From positions 1 through 60,573 of IMG/VR virus record IMGVR_UViG_3300017764_000003: 60,573 nucleotides of DNA, one strand, 5' to 3'. A program made the position numbers and the translations under genes. This document shows positions 40,501 to 50,698 of the stretch, piece by piece (positions within the stretch are counted from its first letter, which is position 1; each line of letters begins with the position of its first letter). The notes under the pieces are model-generated. The model had not been told where the DNA came from and searched no databases. It was given only the letters and a program-made list of their open reading frames with translations. This DNA comes from a virus. Taxonomy: Duplodnaviria; Caudoviricetes.

Positions 40501-42129
40501 CTCAAGATCAGGTTGGTTAGTTCTTATTGTACCAAATACTTCTTTTTGACATTTAGATCCTTGATCAAGAAATCTAATAAAAGCACATCTGTTTTTTCTA
40601 GCTTTTCTAAGATACGATCCATAACAGTCGTGAGTATAATCTAAATTATTAGATGAGTTTGATCCATACAATGCTCCTGTAAATGATATGTTTTTTGAAT
40701 CATCAGACAATGATTGTCTTTTAGATGGAAACTCAAAATAGTCTTTTACCCCTGTTCCTTGATTAAATTTCAAAGGAGTAGTAAAAGTTTTACTACCATT
40801 AGCATCTCTAAACACAACACCAAATCCATATCTTTCTGAATTCATATATTGTTTTCTATATGCAAATTGCCATGGATCATTATGTCCTGCTAAAAACATA
40901 TGATTTAAAACAGGAAAACCATTAACTTGATTGTTAGATCCTGTACCTACACTAACATCAGTAACATCTTTACCATCTGTAGAGACATTCATAAAGTATA
41001 ACCTATTGTTAAAAAACCTTACAGCTTTTGCTCTAGATATAGATGTTGTAATTAATGTAGCCTCTTCATCAGATATTGCTTCTATTGTATCCATACTTCT
41101 GTCTAGGACATTGTATGATCGTATGCTGTCTTCTTCTAAATCAAATCTAGCTACAATAAAAGCTGTTGGCTTAGAGTCTAATAATACAGGATCTCCTGAA
41201 TTCCATGCAACCCTAATAACTTCACAAGACTTAAATCCTTTTGTTTCATTACCTCTTACAGAAATAGATAATCCATATTCTGTTTCAGAAGCTGTATCAA
41301 ATCCGTAAGTATATGCCCAAGGGTGTATATCTGTGTTTTTACTTATATTTTTGTAAATAGGTATTGTTGGAGTAAACTCTGATATTTCAGTTCTATTCCC
41401 TTCAGAGTCTATAAACCTTACAGCGTAAGCATAAGTACCAACAGTTAATCCATTACCTCCATTAGTAGCATCATAGTTACCTGAATTAGTTGTGTGATAC
41501 TCAAGAAATCTTGGTGAATTAACGGTGTTTGATATGCTAATAGTATATAAATCTGAATCAAACGATCCAAAATATTTGTCGCTTCCATTGTTAGAATTAT
41601 AAATACCTGCATTATCTTCCATGTCTTTTATATTAAAAAACATAGGAGGATTTACATTATCAGTTACATATACCTCTCCGCCAATACAAGATTCATTTTT
41701 GTCCATCTGCAATGGATTATCAAAAGTAAAAGGTATGCTAGATGACTGTGCAACAATTAATCCATCTATTTTTATAGTAGGGTATTTTAATTGGGCATCA
41801 ATATAATCTGTTGTAGAACTTGGTTCGTAAGCCCAAAACTCTATTAATTTGTTGTTTATTTCTATTGCACCAATACATATTTGGTTTGCAGAAATAGCAA
41901 CAGCTCCTACAGATTTAGTAAAACTATTAGTAGAATCTGAATTAGAGTATAATAAAGTTTCTCCTTTAATTTTTTTTAAAGCAGCATTGTCGCCACTCAT
42001 ATCATTTGGTCTGAAATTACAGGCATCAATATATGATCCTTTATCTCCACCTAAAAATTCTTTATTGATGTCATAGTTAGCTCCTTTGCTAAATAGATTT
42101 GACTCATATGGATGGTGCTGCTGCTTCAT
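37537..42129 (-). CDS. Tail stabilization/nozzle protein (1530 aa)
   Basis: F.KG.N.D...Y.DA.N N-terminus, RIIWSD, beta-rich; follows the ring proteins. Confidence 0.7.
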   Translation of the reverse strand: MKQQHHPYESNLFSKGANYDINKEFLGGDKGSYIDACNFRPNDMSGDNAALKKIKGETLLYSNSDSTNSFTKSVGAVAISANQICIGAIEINNKLIEFWAYEPSSTTDYIDAQLKYPTIKIDGLIVAQSSSIPFTFDNPLQMDKNESCIGGEVYVTDNVNPPMFFNIKDMEDNAGIYNSNNGSDKYFGSFDSDLYTISISNTVNSPRFLEYHTTNSGNYDATNGGNGLTVGTYAYAVRFIDSEGNRTEISEFTPTIPIYKNISKNTDIHPWAYTYGFDTASETEYGLSISVRGNETKGFKSCEVIRVAWNSGDPVLLDSKPTAFIVARFDLEEDSIRSYNVLDRSMDTIEAISDEEATLITTSISRAKAVRFFNNRLYFMNVSTDGKDVTDVSVGTGSNNQVNGFPVLNHMFLAGHNDPWQFAYRKQYMNSERYGFGVVFRDANGSKTFTTPLKFNQGTGVKDYFEFPSKRQSLSDDSKNISFTGALYGSNSSNNLDYTHDCYGSYLRKARKNRCAFIRFLDQGSKCQKEVFGTIRTNQPDLEWATGGGCTKSSDLPDSRFNYVTSKACTVYKPPYAILKPQQLGDINDANTGNGHHHNPHRQTWYSNNDYNLWQENYMFANDFYAMGLAIDKINAPSWASSFSIVRTKAAMRVLAEGLVWYSIDSAYKQRENTSKEKNICTFYSADFDTTNGLFSNLATNVEQSSSLEYKLVLQSPVGFNTEIYTINKSNGKDEGADLISFAYMQKDQKPSGTKWYLPNDDSDMPISDSSFRYVAFGRWRNPDNNASTVWNNNKRTFNIKSFKYVSGSSEISGNRGGHYWTVELDNNLYNASFGGTGLKHMSDSGTKNFHEPYYIASIIKENNEPSQGESTQYISTGHTQQMNSAFYLSKGVGFTEQLVDERWEDCITDIVWNNDGDYANGTRISGQTKNYHDYNKFVYVTEQGTTTQKRWLDITTKTITPAEAILNAIKSNGYAEVTLDPSSLTTVKVYGVYSHKWNGQNYKNQKPSLVFDSTTITDKGISLSNYDANIYIPSKGSIIYVKYDDRIPLSIYGGDSFSSEATVGWVDIEYKNDSKPKDLDLALSIGMPQHKWEITPRNYIVNNTGGSNEIQNSNVATIGNINSMRVRQWLLMYISQSRTPLHSQYMNPDSPNALDQFYPLVHHRARPYKWQNESIGEQRNVFEEYYNELGEEDTYWNYGGFRYRSVVNQDYAAENTFHSYSSTPSAFEAKTDFCTRIIWSDIKPINVSDSPNLRTFGALNIFDLSDETGEIKYAYDTEGEKGNNLYAFTESGICLLVTNKRLLSQVSGSELAVIGTESQGVQKQVWIKKNIGMPDEMWRTAAESDSSIYWANKDTVYKLFNDTVLDLGRQNYYSRLNPELKNIEDGFETKLTGTYNSKHKEYWLNIKCPSSEYEQAKISETLYAQPKGIDLIDSSFTNGQTYFSNDTIGVAEGDVLILTTNDTGVTLLFGGQSFNNLTPKNFKICVAEGSESITARYNNAQDQETITPKSCKCIEPLVVEQVDGGGGAA

Positions 42130-42869
42130 TACTTAGAGTATATGTTTGAAATATATTCTTCAATAGATTCTTTTTCAAAAGTATTCATAGATGATACTCT
42201 CATTTTTGCTTTTGCTAAACTTCTTTCAAGCTTTGTAAAAGAGTCAGTCCACAATGTTCTAAACTTTTTAGGCTCTCTAGCTTTCATAGCTGAGTAATAT
42301 CTTTCTTCAATATAATCATTAATAAACCTTTCAAAAAATCTAGGGATGATTGGTTCTTCTCCTATTTCTCCTCCCATACCATTATAAACTAATCTTATTT
42401 TTTTATACTTAGAACAACTAGAGCTAAACATTATTGTTCCGTTCTGAACATTAGCGTACAGTTTATTGTCTCCTTTTTGATGGTATGGTAAAAAAGGATC
42501 TGAATTAGTTTTTTGACTTGATCCTGTTATCCTAGAAGTGTATCCACCTGAATTGCCTGAATTATTATTATAAAGTCTTTTCCAATGAACTACAGCAGAA
42601 CCTGTTGAAGTACAACAAGATTCGTCAAATGCATATATCTCTCTAATGTTAAATGCATTCTTTGGTAGCGTTATTGCTAAGTTAGAAGGCAAAGTAAAAT
42701 CATTAGTGATCTTCTGATAAAATGTATCAAATGCCAACTCTTGTAAAGCATCTTGAATTCTAGATATAAACCAACCTTTTGTAAACCCATTTCTAAGGTC
42801 TACATCATTAACATTCATTAATGACTCGGCAAGTATATGCTCTATTGAAACGAAATCGTTACTGTTCAT
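42129..42869 (-). CDS. Tail ring/adaptor protein
   Basis: Position; FVSIEHIL..., YNGM...P.IP pattern. Confidence 0.6.
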   Translation of the reverse strand: MNSNDFVSIEHILAESLMNVNDVDLRNGFTKGWFISRIQDALQELAFDTFYQKITNDFTLPSNLAITLPKNAFNIREIYAFDESCCTSTGSAVVHWKRLYNNNSGNSGGYTSRITGSSQKTNSDPFLPYHQKGDNKLYANVQNGTIMFSSSCSKYKKIRLVYNGMGGEIGEEPIIPRFFERFINDYIEERYYSAMKAREPKKFRTLWTDSFTKLERSLAKAKMRVSSMNTFEKESIEEYISNIYSK

Positions 42870-43653
42870 TATTAATTATATTTTGAATGTTTTGTCTTCT
42901 AAAATTTTGTTGACTTAATTTACTTGCTAATTGATCATCTGTAGCAGGTGGAGCTTGCGTAGTAGGAGTTGTTTGATTAAATCTTTTAGTAGAGTCAGAT
43001 CCATCATTAGTATTTTCCTGTGGTGCTAATAATAAGAATCTACCTAAGTTTAATACTCTTGTTATTAATTCTTCTACTAAATACTCAGGAAGATTTATCT
43101 CTGTATCTAAGTCACATACAGCAGAAGCATCTGTATTACATATTACTCCTATTTCAACATCTGCAATACTAATAGATTCTAATCCTAAAAAGTAAACTCT
43201 ATTTAAATTATCACATGAATCAACTCCTGATACTCTATAAAAATATGGATTCTTTGCAGAAGGTCTTTCGTATTCATCCATGCTTAATCTAAAAGCTTTA
43301 ATAGGATCTGTTGGTTGAAAAACTACTTGAGCAAAGTTAGAACCTGAACAGCATGAATTACTTTCATAGTTGTAGGTAATGTACCTTATTCCTTTATGAT
43401 GTTCCATATCTAGCACATCAGATGGTAAATCAATATATTTTCTATTATGTAGTGTTGTATCTGTTTTAACATCTACTTTAGAAAAGATTGTTAGAAACTT
43501 ACCTTCTTCAAAGTCCTTTTCATTTTCTTTTCTTAGTCTTGCTGTTACTACGTTAATCCAAAAAATTACTTGATTCAACGATAAGTTTGAATCGTCAAAT
43601 GTCTTTTTATAACTTTCTTTTATGTTATAAGCTACGTATCTATAAGTTGCCAT
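42859..43653 (-). CDS. Tail ring/adaptor protein
   Basis: Position; YIDLP...LP..LV pattern. Confidence 0.6.
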   Translation of the reverse strand: MATYRYVAYNIKESYKKTFDDSNLSLNQVIFWINVVTARLRKENEKDFEEGKFLTIFSKVDVKTDTTLHNRKYIDLPSDVLDMEHHKGIRYITYNYESNSCCSGSNFAQVVFQPTDPIKAFRLSMDEYERPSAKNPYFYRVSGVDSCDNLNRVYFLGLESISIADVEIGVICNTDASAVCDLDTEINLPEYLVEELITRVLNLGRFLLLAPQENTNDGSDSTKRFNQTTPTTQAPPATDDQLASKLSQQNFRRQNIQNIINNEQ

Positions 43654-43654
43654 G

Positions 43655-44425
43655 CTATAGTATTGTTCTAGTTAATAATGCTACGTCTTGTGATGTTACA
43701 GTATATACGTTTGTTTGATCTCCTTGTTTATAAGAAATATACTGTAAAGCTTTATTAAACAATATAGAGAACACGCTATCAGGAAATGGTATATAATCGT
43801 CTACGCCCTGAACGGCTTCAGGTTTTCTTACGTAAAAAATAGTTGTATTTTCTTCTGAAACGCTTGGTCTTATTTCTATTTCAGGAGATTCCTGCATTGA
43901 TGAATAAGCCCCTGTAGTTGTGTTGTGATATTTAAACGGATCTAAATATGCGTAAGTCGTTGACTCTGAACACTTTGTGTCGTACCCTGCAGCGAATGGA
44001 TTTCCTGTATTGGTTGCCCATTCTTCTATTGTTAATCTTTTAGCACTATCATTAGAGCTTACATGATATATATCGCTTCTTCTTACAGATTCTTGTATTG
44101 GACTTGAAGGAGCATTAATGCCATCATAGTCTCTAGATGTTATTTTTAAGTATACAGCTAATATAGTCCATGGCTCATACTTAAAGTTTTTTAAAGATAT
44201 CCGAGAGTCACGAGATGCTGTATGCACCTCGACAACTTTTAACTCTCTGAATATTTCTTCACCTAGTTTTTTATCACCTAAACTAGAATTGATTACGCTT
44301 ATCAACCAATTAACTGCTGAGTTTATACTTGGTATGTAATCTTTCTCTAATAAATAATGATCAGAACCTTCAGCATCTAATGCTGATTCTAACCTACTAA
44401 CTAAGTCTTGTACTAATATTGACAT
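43655..44425 (-). CDS. Head-tail adaptor/ring protein
   Basis: IN.A...YVRKP...PFP motif. Confidence 0.65.
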   Translation of the reverse strand: MSILVQDLVSRLESALDAEGSDHYLLEKDYIPSINSAVNWLISVINSSLGDKKLGEEIFRELKVVEVHTASRDSRISLKNFKYEPWTILAVYLKITSRDYDGINAPSSPIQESVRRSDIYHVSSNDSAKRLTIEEWATNTGNPFAAGYDTKCSESTTYAYLDPFKYHNTTTGAYSSMQESPEIEIRPSVSEENTTIFYVRKPEAVQGVDDYIPFPDSVFSILFNKALQYISYKQGDQTNVYTVTSQDVALLTRTIL

Positions 44426-44436
44426 AATGTCTATTT

Positions 44437-45207
44437 TTAATAGACATCATTAACACTTCCTTGAGCGGCTCTTTCAGTAACTTTACCTTCTTTTACAACA
44501 CCAACTTGCTTGGCTAGATTTAACTTAGCTTTAGTTTCGTTAGATATTGAATCATCAGTAATTTTCTTAATAAGCTTTTGTTTAATGTTATTGATGTCAG
44601 GATCTTGTATATTAATTCCTTCTTTTTTTGCTCTGTCTATAACTCTCATATCACTCATAGCAGAAAGCATATTAGAAACTTGTACCATCTTTTCAGCTTT
44701 TAATACATCTGAATCAATTGCTGTACTAATGTTTTCAAAAAATCTAATACCAAATAGCGAATGCTCTCTTAGCCATTGAGCTTCTGCTTTACTATGTATA
44801 ATTGTTCTACATATAGAAACAGTAGTAAGACCTCTTTTAGGACTTTTTCTATTGTACCTGTAGTGTGGATTAAACTTAACACTCTTACCGTTATTAGGAT
44901 TCATTGATACTTTCCCTCTTCTAACGTCTCCTGATAAATTAAAGCTAACACTATAAGCGAAAAAAGTTGCAGGTATTTCTAAGTAATCATCAGCAAGTGT
45001 TTCTTCTTTCGGCAATGTAGTGTTTGACTTTTCTGCCTCTAATCTTTCAACTTTGGAAGATAGGTCTTTAATTAAAGTCAACATTTCTTTTTGCTGTTTA
45101 TCAGTTATTGATGTAGTAGTTTCTTCTTTAAAAACTAATTCATCTTCATTTGCTTTTACATTTGTATTTGCCTTTAATGAAGGCTTAACAGTTTTTTTCT
45201 TTTCCAT
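44437..45207 (-). CDS. Hypothetical protein after the capsid gene
   Basis: ORF. Confidence 0.7.
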   Translation of the reverse strand: MEKKKTVKPSLKANTNVKANEDELVFKEETTTSITDKQQKEMLTLIKDLSSKVERLEAEKSNTTLPKEETLADDYLEIPATFFAYSVSFNLSGDVRRGKVSMNPNNGKSVKFNPHYRYNRKSPKRGLTTVSICRTIIHSKAEAQWLREHSLFGIRFFENISTAIDSDVLKAEKMVQVSNMLSAMSDMRVIDRAKKEGINIQDPDINNIKQKLIKKITDDSISNETKAKLNLAKQVGVVKEGKVTERAAQGSVNDVY

Positions 45208-45231
45208 TTTTTTAATTTTTATAAAGATAAT

Positions 45232-45266
45232 AAAAATGCCCTACCCATCACGACAGGCAGGGCATC
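45232..45266 (-). terminator. Intrinsic terminator after the major capsid gene
   Basis: Minus strand ATGCCCTGCC...GGTAGGGCAT followed by TTTT. Confidence 0.8.
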
Positions 45267-45285
45267 TTCTTATAATAAGTATTAT

Positions 45286-46560
45286 TTATGCAAATGTTAC
45301 ATCAATATATCCACAAGCTAATGGATTGTTGAACTGTACACCCATGTTTGCATCTACATACATTTCTTTGTACGTCTTAGCAATTCCACCTTCTCTATCA
45401 AGAGTTTCTCCTGATCTTTCAGCCCACATTTGTCTTAAGTTGATATTCTTCATATCAAGTAAGATAATCTTGTTAGCCCAATCAGCAGGGAAAGAAGCTG
45501 TATCTGTAAACCTTGAATAAGGAATAAACACAACTCTAGAAGAACCTAAATTAACTTCGTCTAAAGCTAAACTAGCAACAGCATCATTAGGTGCGTATCT
45601 AGTTTTTTCTTCTTTATATAACTTAGATATTGCTAAGTGTACTTTTGGAGACATGAAAGCAAATCTTACTTGTCCGTAATCTCCATACTCACTATCAATA
45701 ACTAAGTCCTCAAAAACAGATTGTAAAGTATCAGTTGCTGCAACACCTGAAGAAACAGCAGTTGCACTTGGAGAACCTGCAGCAACCATAGCAGGATATA
45801 ATCCTTGAGTTACTTTAGCTTTTGCTCCTTTAGCAGTTGTTACTTCTCCTTTATCTCCATTCCAAAAAGAATTAGAAATATCAGTTCTGAATTGCTTGAA
45901 CATTGCGTTCTTTTCCATTTCTAAGAAGTTAGAAGTAGCAGCAGCATTCTGTAATTTGAATAACTCTACTTCTCCATATCTAATTGCTTTAGAGAATAAC
46001 TGTACATAGTTATGTCTTTCTACTGTAGAAGCTCTAAAGTAGTTAGCAAAACCTTCAACACCATCTCCTTCTACAGAAGATAAAACAGAAATAACTTCAT
46101 TATCAGCAACTGCAGGTAACTGAGCACCATCAAGAGGAGCAACAGTAATAACTACTCCTACGATATCTTGTACAATACCTTTTTCTCCACCTGAGAAAAC
46201 AATAATCATATCTTCAGCAATCCCTTCAACAGAGTCTAGAGTAATATCTAGTGTTGCTCCTGCTGCAGGTTGTGCTAAACCTCCTGCTTCATTTACTGTT
46301 AATGCCTGTCTCTGATATCCCATTTCCTGATAGTAAAACTCATCAGAGTTTACAGGAATAAAAGATTTCATGTTTAATAATTTTAAATCCATGTACTGCT
46401 GTGGAGCAGCATCAAAGATTGCTTTGTTCGTTGCCTTCTCTATTAAGATAGACAAATCGTGTGAATGCGTTGCAGCATATGTTGAACCTGCAGCATTTAA
46501 ATCTACGTTTCTATAAGGTTGTGGACTCGCACCACCACTATCAATGTTATATTGTGCCAT
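45286..46560 (-). CDS. Major capsid protein (HK97 fold)
   Basis: NYVQLFSK, F..G...TQGL motifs; follows the scaffold and precedes a terminator. Confidence 0.85.
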   Translation of the reverse strand: MAQYNIDSGGASPQPYRNVDLNAAGSTYAATHSHDLSILIEKATNKAIFDAAPQQYMDLKLLNMKSFIPVNSDEFYYQEMGYQRQALTVNEAGGLAQPAAGATLDITLDSVEGIAEDMIIVFSGGEKGIVQDIVGVVITVAPLDGAQLPAVADNEVISVLSSVEGDGVEGFANYFRASTVERHNYVQLFSKAIRYGEVELFKLQNAAATSNFLEMEKNAMFKQFRTDISNSFWNGDKGEVTTAKGAKAKVTQGLYPAMVAAGSPSATAVSSGVAATDTLQSVFEDLVIDSEYGDYGQVRFAFMSPKVHLAISKLYKEEKTRYAPNDAVASLALDEVNLGSSRVVFIPYSRFTDTASFPADWANKIILLDMKNINLRQMWAERSGETLDREGGIAKTYKEMYVDANMGVQFNNPLACGYIDVTFA

Positions 46561-46591
46561 TTTTTCTAAATTTTAATTTTAATTATTTTTT

Positions 46592-47845
46592 TTAACTATA
46601 TGGATCTTTATTAAATTGACCACTTAAATGATGTATAGCGTTATTGGCATCAGTCTTGTTTGCTCCACTTTTATATTTAGAGCCAACCATTTTCTTCTTA
46701 CCTCTAGCTACTATATTAGCGTTTGCTTTTGATTCACTTTTAGACTCAGCTTGTTTTATAAAGCTTTGAATAAGTTTGTCTCCATACAAAGCAAGAGCAA
46801 CTTTTTCTGCTGCATCTTCTTTAAACACACCATTCTTGTCGTAAAAAAGATTTTCTAACCCTCCATCAACCAAGCTAGTACGAATTTTTCTCAGTTCGTT
46901 ACTGCTGAAGTTGGGGTATTTGTTTTTTAAAGAGTCAACGGAATTGATGGCAGAATTCTTTAAAGCTTCATTGCTTTCTTCTTCCTGCCTTATATAATCA
47001 ACACGTTCTCTTTCCCAATCTTTTTTGTCAGACTTAAATAGTCTTTCTGCAGAGTCATACATATCTTCAATGTATTCATCATACTCTTCAGGGTATAACT
47101 CTCCATCGTCAACTTTCTTCTTTTGTTTTTCTACTTTTGCTTTGAAATAGTGAGAGACTACAGCCTCTTTGTCTAAATCATCTACATCCTTAGAAAAATC
47201 AATTGAAGGAGTTGATTGTTTAAATGCTTCACGATAATCTTGTGCATTAGCATAAGCATCAATCGCATCCTTAATTGGTTGTGGTAAAGAACCTAAACCT
47301 TCAACTAGCTCATCATAATTACTTTCATAGTCAGATGCTTTTTGGCTTTGATTCCTCCACTTATCAACCGATTCAAAGAACTTAGAAGGATCTTTTACAG
47401 AATACTTCTTCTTCATATACTCCAAAGCTTCATCAGAAGTTTCAAATGAAGGAACTTTTGATTTCTTTTTACCCTTAGAAGTTTTAATTCCAAAAGGGTT
47501 AGAATCCTCTTCCTCTTCTTCTTCTTCTTTACTTTCTTCTTCGTTTACTACTTGTTCCTCTTCCTCTTCTTGAGCCTCTTCTTGAGTCTCTTCTTCGCTC
47601 TCTTGTTCAGCTTTACCGCCCTGTCTTACTTCGTTATCAACAAACTCCATCATATTCTTATATTCAGGTAGTTCTTTGATTGCAGGATCAGATTCAGCTA
47701 ATCTCATAATATGCTCTATTTGACCTCCACCTTGATCTACAGCTTCTGTTGCTGTAGGTATGTTTGGTTGATTAGGAGCAACTTCATTGTTCACTTCTTC
47801 ATTGTTTTCTTGAGCGATCTCATTTTCATTTAACTCTTCAGACAT
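46592..47845 (-). CDS. Capsid scaffolding protein
   Basis: Acidic E-rich helical protein between portal and capsid. Confidence 0.75.
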   Translation of the reverse strand: MSEELNENEIAQENNEEVNNEVAPNQPNIPTATEAVDQGGGQIEHIMRLAESDPAIKELPEYKNMMEFVDNEVRQGGKAEQESEEETQEEAQEEEEEQVVNEEESKEEEEEEEDSNPFGIKTSKGKKKSKVPSFETSDEALEYMKKKYSVKDPSKFFESVDKWRNQSQKASDYESNYDELVEGLGSLPQPIKDAIDAYANAQDYREAFKQSTPSIDFSKDVDDLDKEAVVSHYFKAKVEKQKKKVDDGELYPEEYDEYIEDMYDSAERLFKSDKKDWERERVDYIRQEEESNEALKNSAINSVDSLKNKYPNFSSNELRKIRTSLVDGGLENLFYDKNGVFKEDAAEKVALALYGDKLIQSFIKQAESKSESKANANIVARGKKKMVGSKYKSGANKTDANNAIHHLSGQFNKDPYS

Positions 47846-47867
47846 AACTTTATTTTTCCTCTATTAA

Positions 47868-47875
47868 CAAATATA
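47868..47875 (-). promoter_or_regulatory. TATATTTG -7 element upstream of scaffold/capsid genes
   Basis: Matches TAnnTTTG in the intergenic gap. Confidence 0.6.
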
Positions 47876-47908
47876 TAAAAATTTAGATAATAATTTATTC
47901 TGTATTAT

Positions 47909-48013
47909 CTAATATTTCTTTTTTTTCATAGCCTTACTAACTACTAGAGCTTTATCTCTATCTTTCTTTTTCTTTTTACTCTTTGAGTAACTTTTGCTTT
48001 TTCCGTATGACAT
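47909..48013 (-). CDS. 34-aa Lys-rich microprotein (MSYGKSKSYSKSKKKKKDRDK...)
   Basis: Read by hand; starts just after the previous stop. Confidence 0.55.
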   Translation of the reverse strand: MSYGKSKSYSKSKKKKKDRDKALVVSKAMKKKKY

Positions 48014-48015
48014 GA

Positions 48016-48258
48016 CTATCTTTTTTTACCTTTATGTAATCCATGAGATGCGTGCTGCTTTCCTTTCTTAGTCGCTTCTCTTTTCTTTTTATTAGCAGCT
48101 TGTAATTTTTTCTTGCCTTCTGAAGTCTTTAGCAAGTTAGCAATAACTTTTGCAGGAGCATATACTTCTCCTGTTTCAGATGATTTTTTTCCTGAAGCTG
48201 TTCTCCACTTCTGTTTAGTCCATCTGTCTAAATCTTTTTGTGGTTTCTTTTTACTCAT
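48016..48258 (-). CDS. Basic DUF5872-like protein (C-terminal-type half)
   Basis: L.RWTKQKWRT.SGK.S..TGE.Y.P motif. Confidence 0.7.
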   Translation of the reverse strand: MSKKKPQKDLDRWTKQKWRTASGKKSSETGEVYAPAKVIANLLKTSEGKKKLQAANKKKREATKKGKQHASHGLHKGKKR

Positions 48259-48443
48259 CTGTAACCTCCTCCTTTTGCTTTATATTTTTTTGCTAGCATT
48301 TGAGCTTTACGTGCTGACCATTGACCTGCGTTTCCTCCTTTAGTTCCACGCTTAATAGCTTCAAACAAAGCTTTTCTTAATGCAGGTTTAGTATAGTTTC
48401 CTGCTTCATTTACTTTGCTTTTATATTTTTTCTTAGCTGACAT
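48255..48443 (-). CDS. Basic DUF5872-like protein (N-terminal-type half)
   Basis: NYTKP.LR...KGG..GQWSARKAQ.L...YK..GGGY. Confidence 0.7.
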   Translation of the reverse strand: MSAKKKYKSKVNEAGNYTKPALRKALFEAIKRGTKGGNAGQWSARKAQMLAKKYKAKGGGYR

Positions 48444-48444
48444 A

Positions 48445-50694
48445 CTAAATGTTTCTTTTAATTTGTTCAGTTAATTTTTCTACGTTCTTGTTGTCTTCTC
48501 GGTTATTGTCTTTAGCCATTTGCATTTCACCTCTAGCAACAATTTGATCTATTTCATGTTGCCTTCCTTTTTCAGCTTCCTCTTCTTGTCTAACTTCTTG
48601 TCTAACTCCTTCTACTTTGCTAGCTTGAGCATCTTCTAATTGTGCTTGTACTAATTCTTGTTGAGCCATTACTTGTTGTTGAGCTTGATTATTCTGTGCC
48701 ATTTCTTTCATCTTCATGTCTTGTCTCATTCTTCTAGCAATATCTTCAGGAGTTGATCTGTTAAATAAGTCAGCAGCAGATTCAGCACTAAGCATTTGCA
48801 TTTGAACTAATGAGAATATTAATTCGTTTGCAATTTGTGCAGTTTGTGATTCACTAGCAGATCTTTCAATATAAACTCTAAAGTCCTCCATAGCCATTTC
48901 TTTAGTGATTTTTATTCGTTGTGCTCCTTCATCACCAAGTATCATAGCTAATCTTCTAGGATTGTCTACATGAATCTTTTTACCAACAGTTGCCATATGA
49001 TTATAAGCCTGACCAAGTATATTGGTTAAGGCATAATAGAACGGCTCTTGTATTAATGTACCTCTTTGTATCTGAGATTGTATAACACCAACTAACGCAT
49101 CAGATGAACCTTGTGATCCAACCATAGCTTCATTAACTCCTGTTACATCTTGAATACCAATTTGCATTTGTTGCATGATATTAAATAGTCCCATGGTATC
49201 TGAACCAATGTTAGATCCATAAGTACCTACAGAGTTTTGAACTGAACCTGTTCTAGTTGTATCAACAAATACAGGTTTACTTTTATTAATTGCTCTAATG
49301 ATTCCTTCTTCACCATCTCTAGGATCAACAGCATTTTTTGCAATAACTGAACCACTACCTCTTGAGTTATTAATATGAGACTCAGCTACAGATAATAATC
49401 TGTTTATAAATCTTTGCGGATCAATAGCATCATCAAGCGGTGTAAGTATTTCTCCTTTATCGTAAGACCAAGCGTAGCACTTAAATGGAAAGTTTACACT
49501 AGATGGATCAAATCTGTATGCTTCTTGATACGGAACTTCTCCCCACTCTAAAACGATATCTTCAGATCCACCTGATCTACTTCCTACTTCTTCTTTAGGA
49601 ATAAATATAGCGTACCTTAAAACGTCAACAAATATTTTTATTTTCTTTTTCCCATTAGACAAGCTCTTGTGAGACTCTGTTGGAGGCTCAATAAGATCTT
49701 TATCTGTGTAGTCGGTATCTTTACCTATCATAGTAAACAAAGGATAGCCATACGGATCTTCTACCCATCCATAGTAAACTTCTTCTACGTCTTTCCAATA
49801 AGATTCATATACAGGAATTCTACTACCGTTCTGCTGATAGTATTTGTCAATCATTCTTCCAACATCATTAGCTCCATTTTGACTGTGAGCTTCTATTGAC
49901 TGCCTTTCTTCTTTAGTTAGCTTTTGATATTTTTCAAAGATTGATGGAGTATCCATGTAGTACCATCTACCCATAAACTCAGAATCAGATAAGTCTGACT
50001 TAACTGCAGCCCTATCAAACCACCAATACATAGGATCTTGAGCTTCAGCTTTATAAAATCCATTTTGTTCGTATCCGTAAAAAACTCCTACTCCGTTTAA
50101 AGCTAAATACTTTGATAAATGAATTTTAATATCATCAATACCTATGTTAGCTTCTTGCCATCTAAGTAAATTATTTACATCCTTTTCATATTTGTCTGCA
50201 AAAACATTTTCAAATATAGCTTTAGATTCTTCTCTACTTGTTGTAATACCAAACTCGTCTTCTATGATACGTGCTGTTTCAGGTTCATTTTCTTTCATGT
50301 CGTGCAAGAAGTCTATCCTCTTTAGACCTTGCTCTCTTTTGTTAATAATGAATTCTGATATTGCTCTTGCTCTCGCTTTGTATGATAACCTAACTGCATT
50401 ACCAATGTACTGTTGCACCATTGGTTTAATTAAGTTCTTTGTGATCTTTAATCTGTTTCTGATATCTCCTGACTCATCAAGGAAAAAGTTTTCTGTGTCT
50501 TCTTCAAATATCCATTGACCATCTCCACCTTTGTAGAACGACCAATTAATTAAACACTTACTAATAAATTTTCTGTGATCTTCAGACTGCATTCCTGCTA
50601 AAGTCCATCTTGCAAAATCACAATGATATTTTTTATCTTTTTTATCTTCTAGCCTATTTGGTCTAGTAGAATTGTAATTAACATATAGAGGCAT
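48445..50694 (-). CDS. Portal protein (P22-like, with C-terminal barrel)
   Basis: FY.G..QW, NLIKP.V...G, DPQ..IN, TGVN.A..G; Gln-rich C-terminus. Confidence 0.88.
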   Translation of the reverse strand: MPLYVNYNSTRPNRLEDKKDKKYHCDFARWTLAGMQSEDHRKFISKCLINWSFYKGGDGQWIFEEDTENFFLDESGDIRNRLKITKNLIKPMVQQYIGNAVRLSYKARARAISEFIINKREQGLKRIDFLHDMKENEPETARIIEDEFGITTSREESKAIFENVFADKYEKDVNNLLRWQEANIGIDDIKIHLSKYLALNGVGVFYGYEQNGFYKAEAQDPMYWWFDRAAVKSDLSDSEFMGRWYYMDTPSIFEKYQKLTKEERQSIEAHSQNGANDVGRMIDKYYQQNGSRIPVYESYWKDVEEVYYGWVEDPYGYPLFTMIGKDTDYTDKDLIEPPTESHKSLSNGKKKIKIFVDVLRYAIFIPKEEVGSRSGGSEDIVLEWGEVPYQEAYRFDPSSVNFPFKCYAWSYDKGEILTPLDDAIDPQRFINRLLSVAESHINNSRGSGSVIAKNAVDPRDGEEGIIRAINKSKPVFVDTTRTGSVQNSVGTYGSNIGSDTMGLFNIMQQMQIGIQDVTGVNEAMVGSQGSSDALVGVIQSQIQRGTLIQEPFYYALTNILGQAYNHMATVGKKIHVDNPRRLAMILGDEGAQRIKITKEMAMEDFRVYIERSASESQTAQIANELIFSLVQMQMLSAESAADLFNRSTPEDIARRMRQDMKMKEMAQNNQAQQQVMAQQELVQAQLEDAQASKVEGVRQEVRQEEEAEKGRQHEIDQIVARGEMQMAKDNNREDNKNVEKLTEQIKRNI

Positions 50695-50698
50695 ACTA

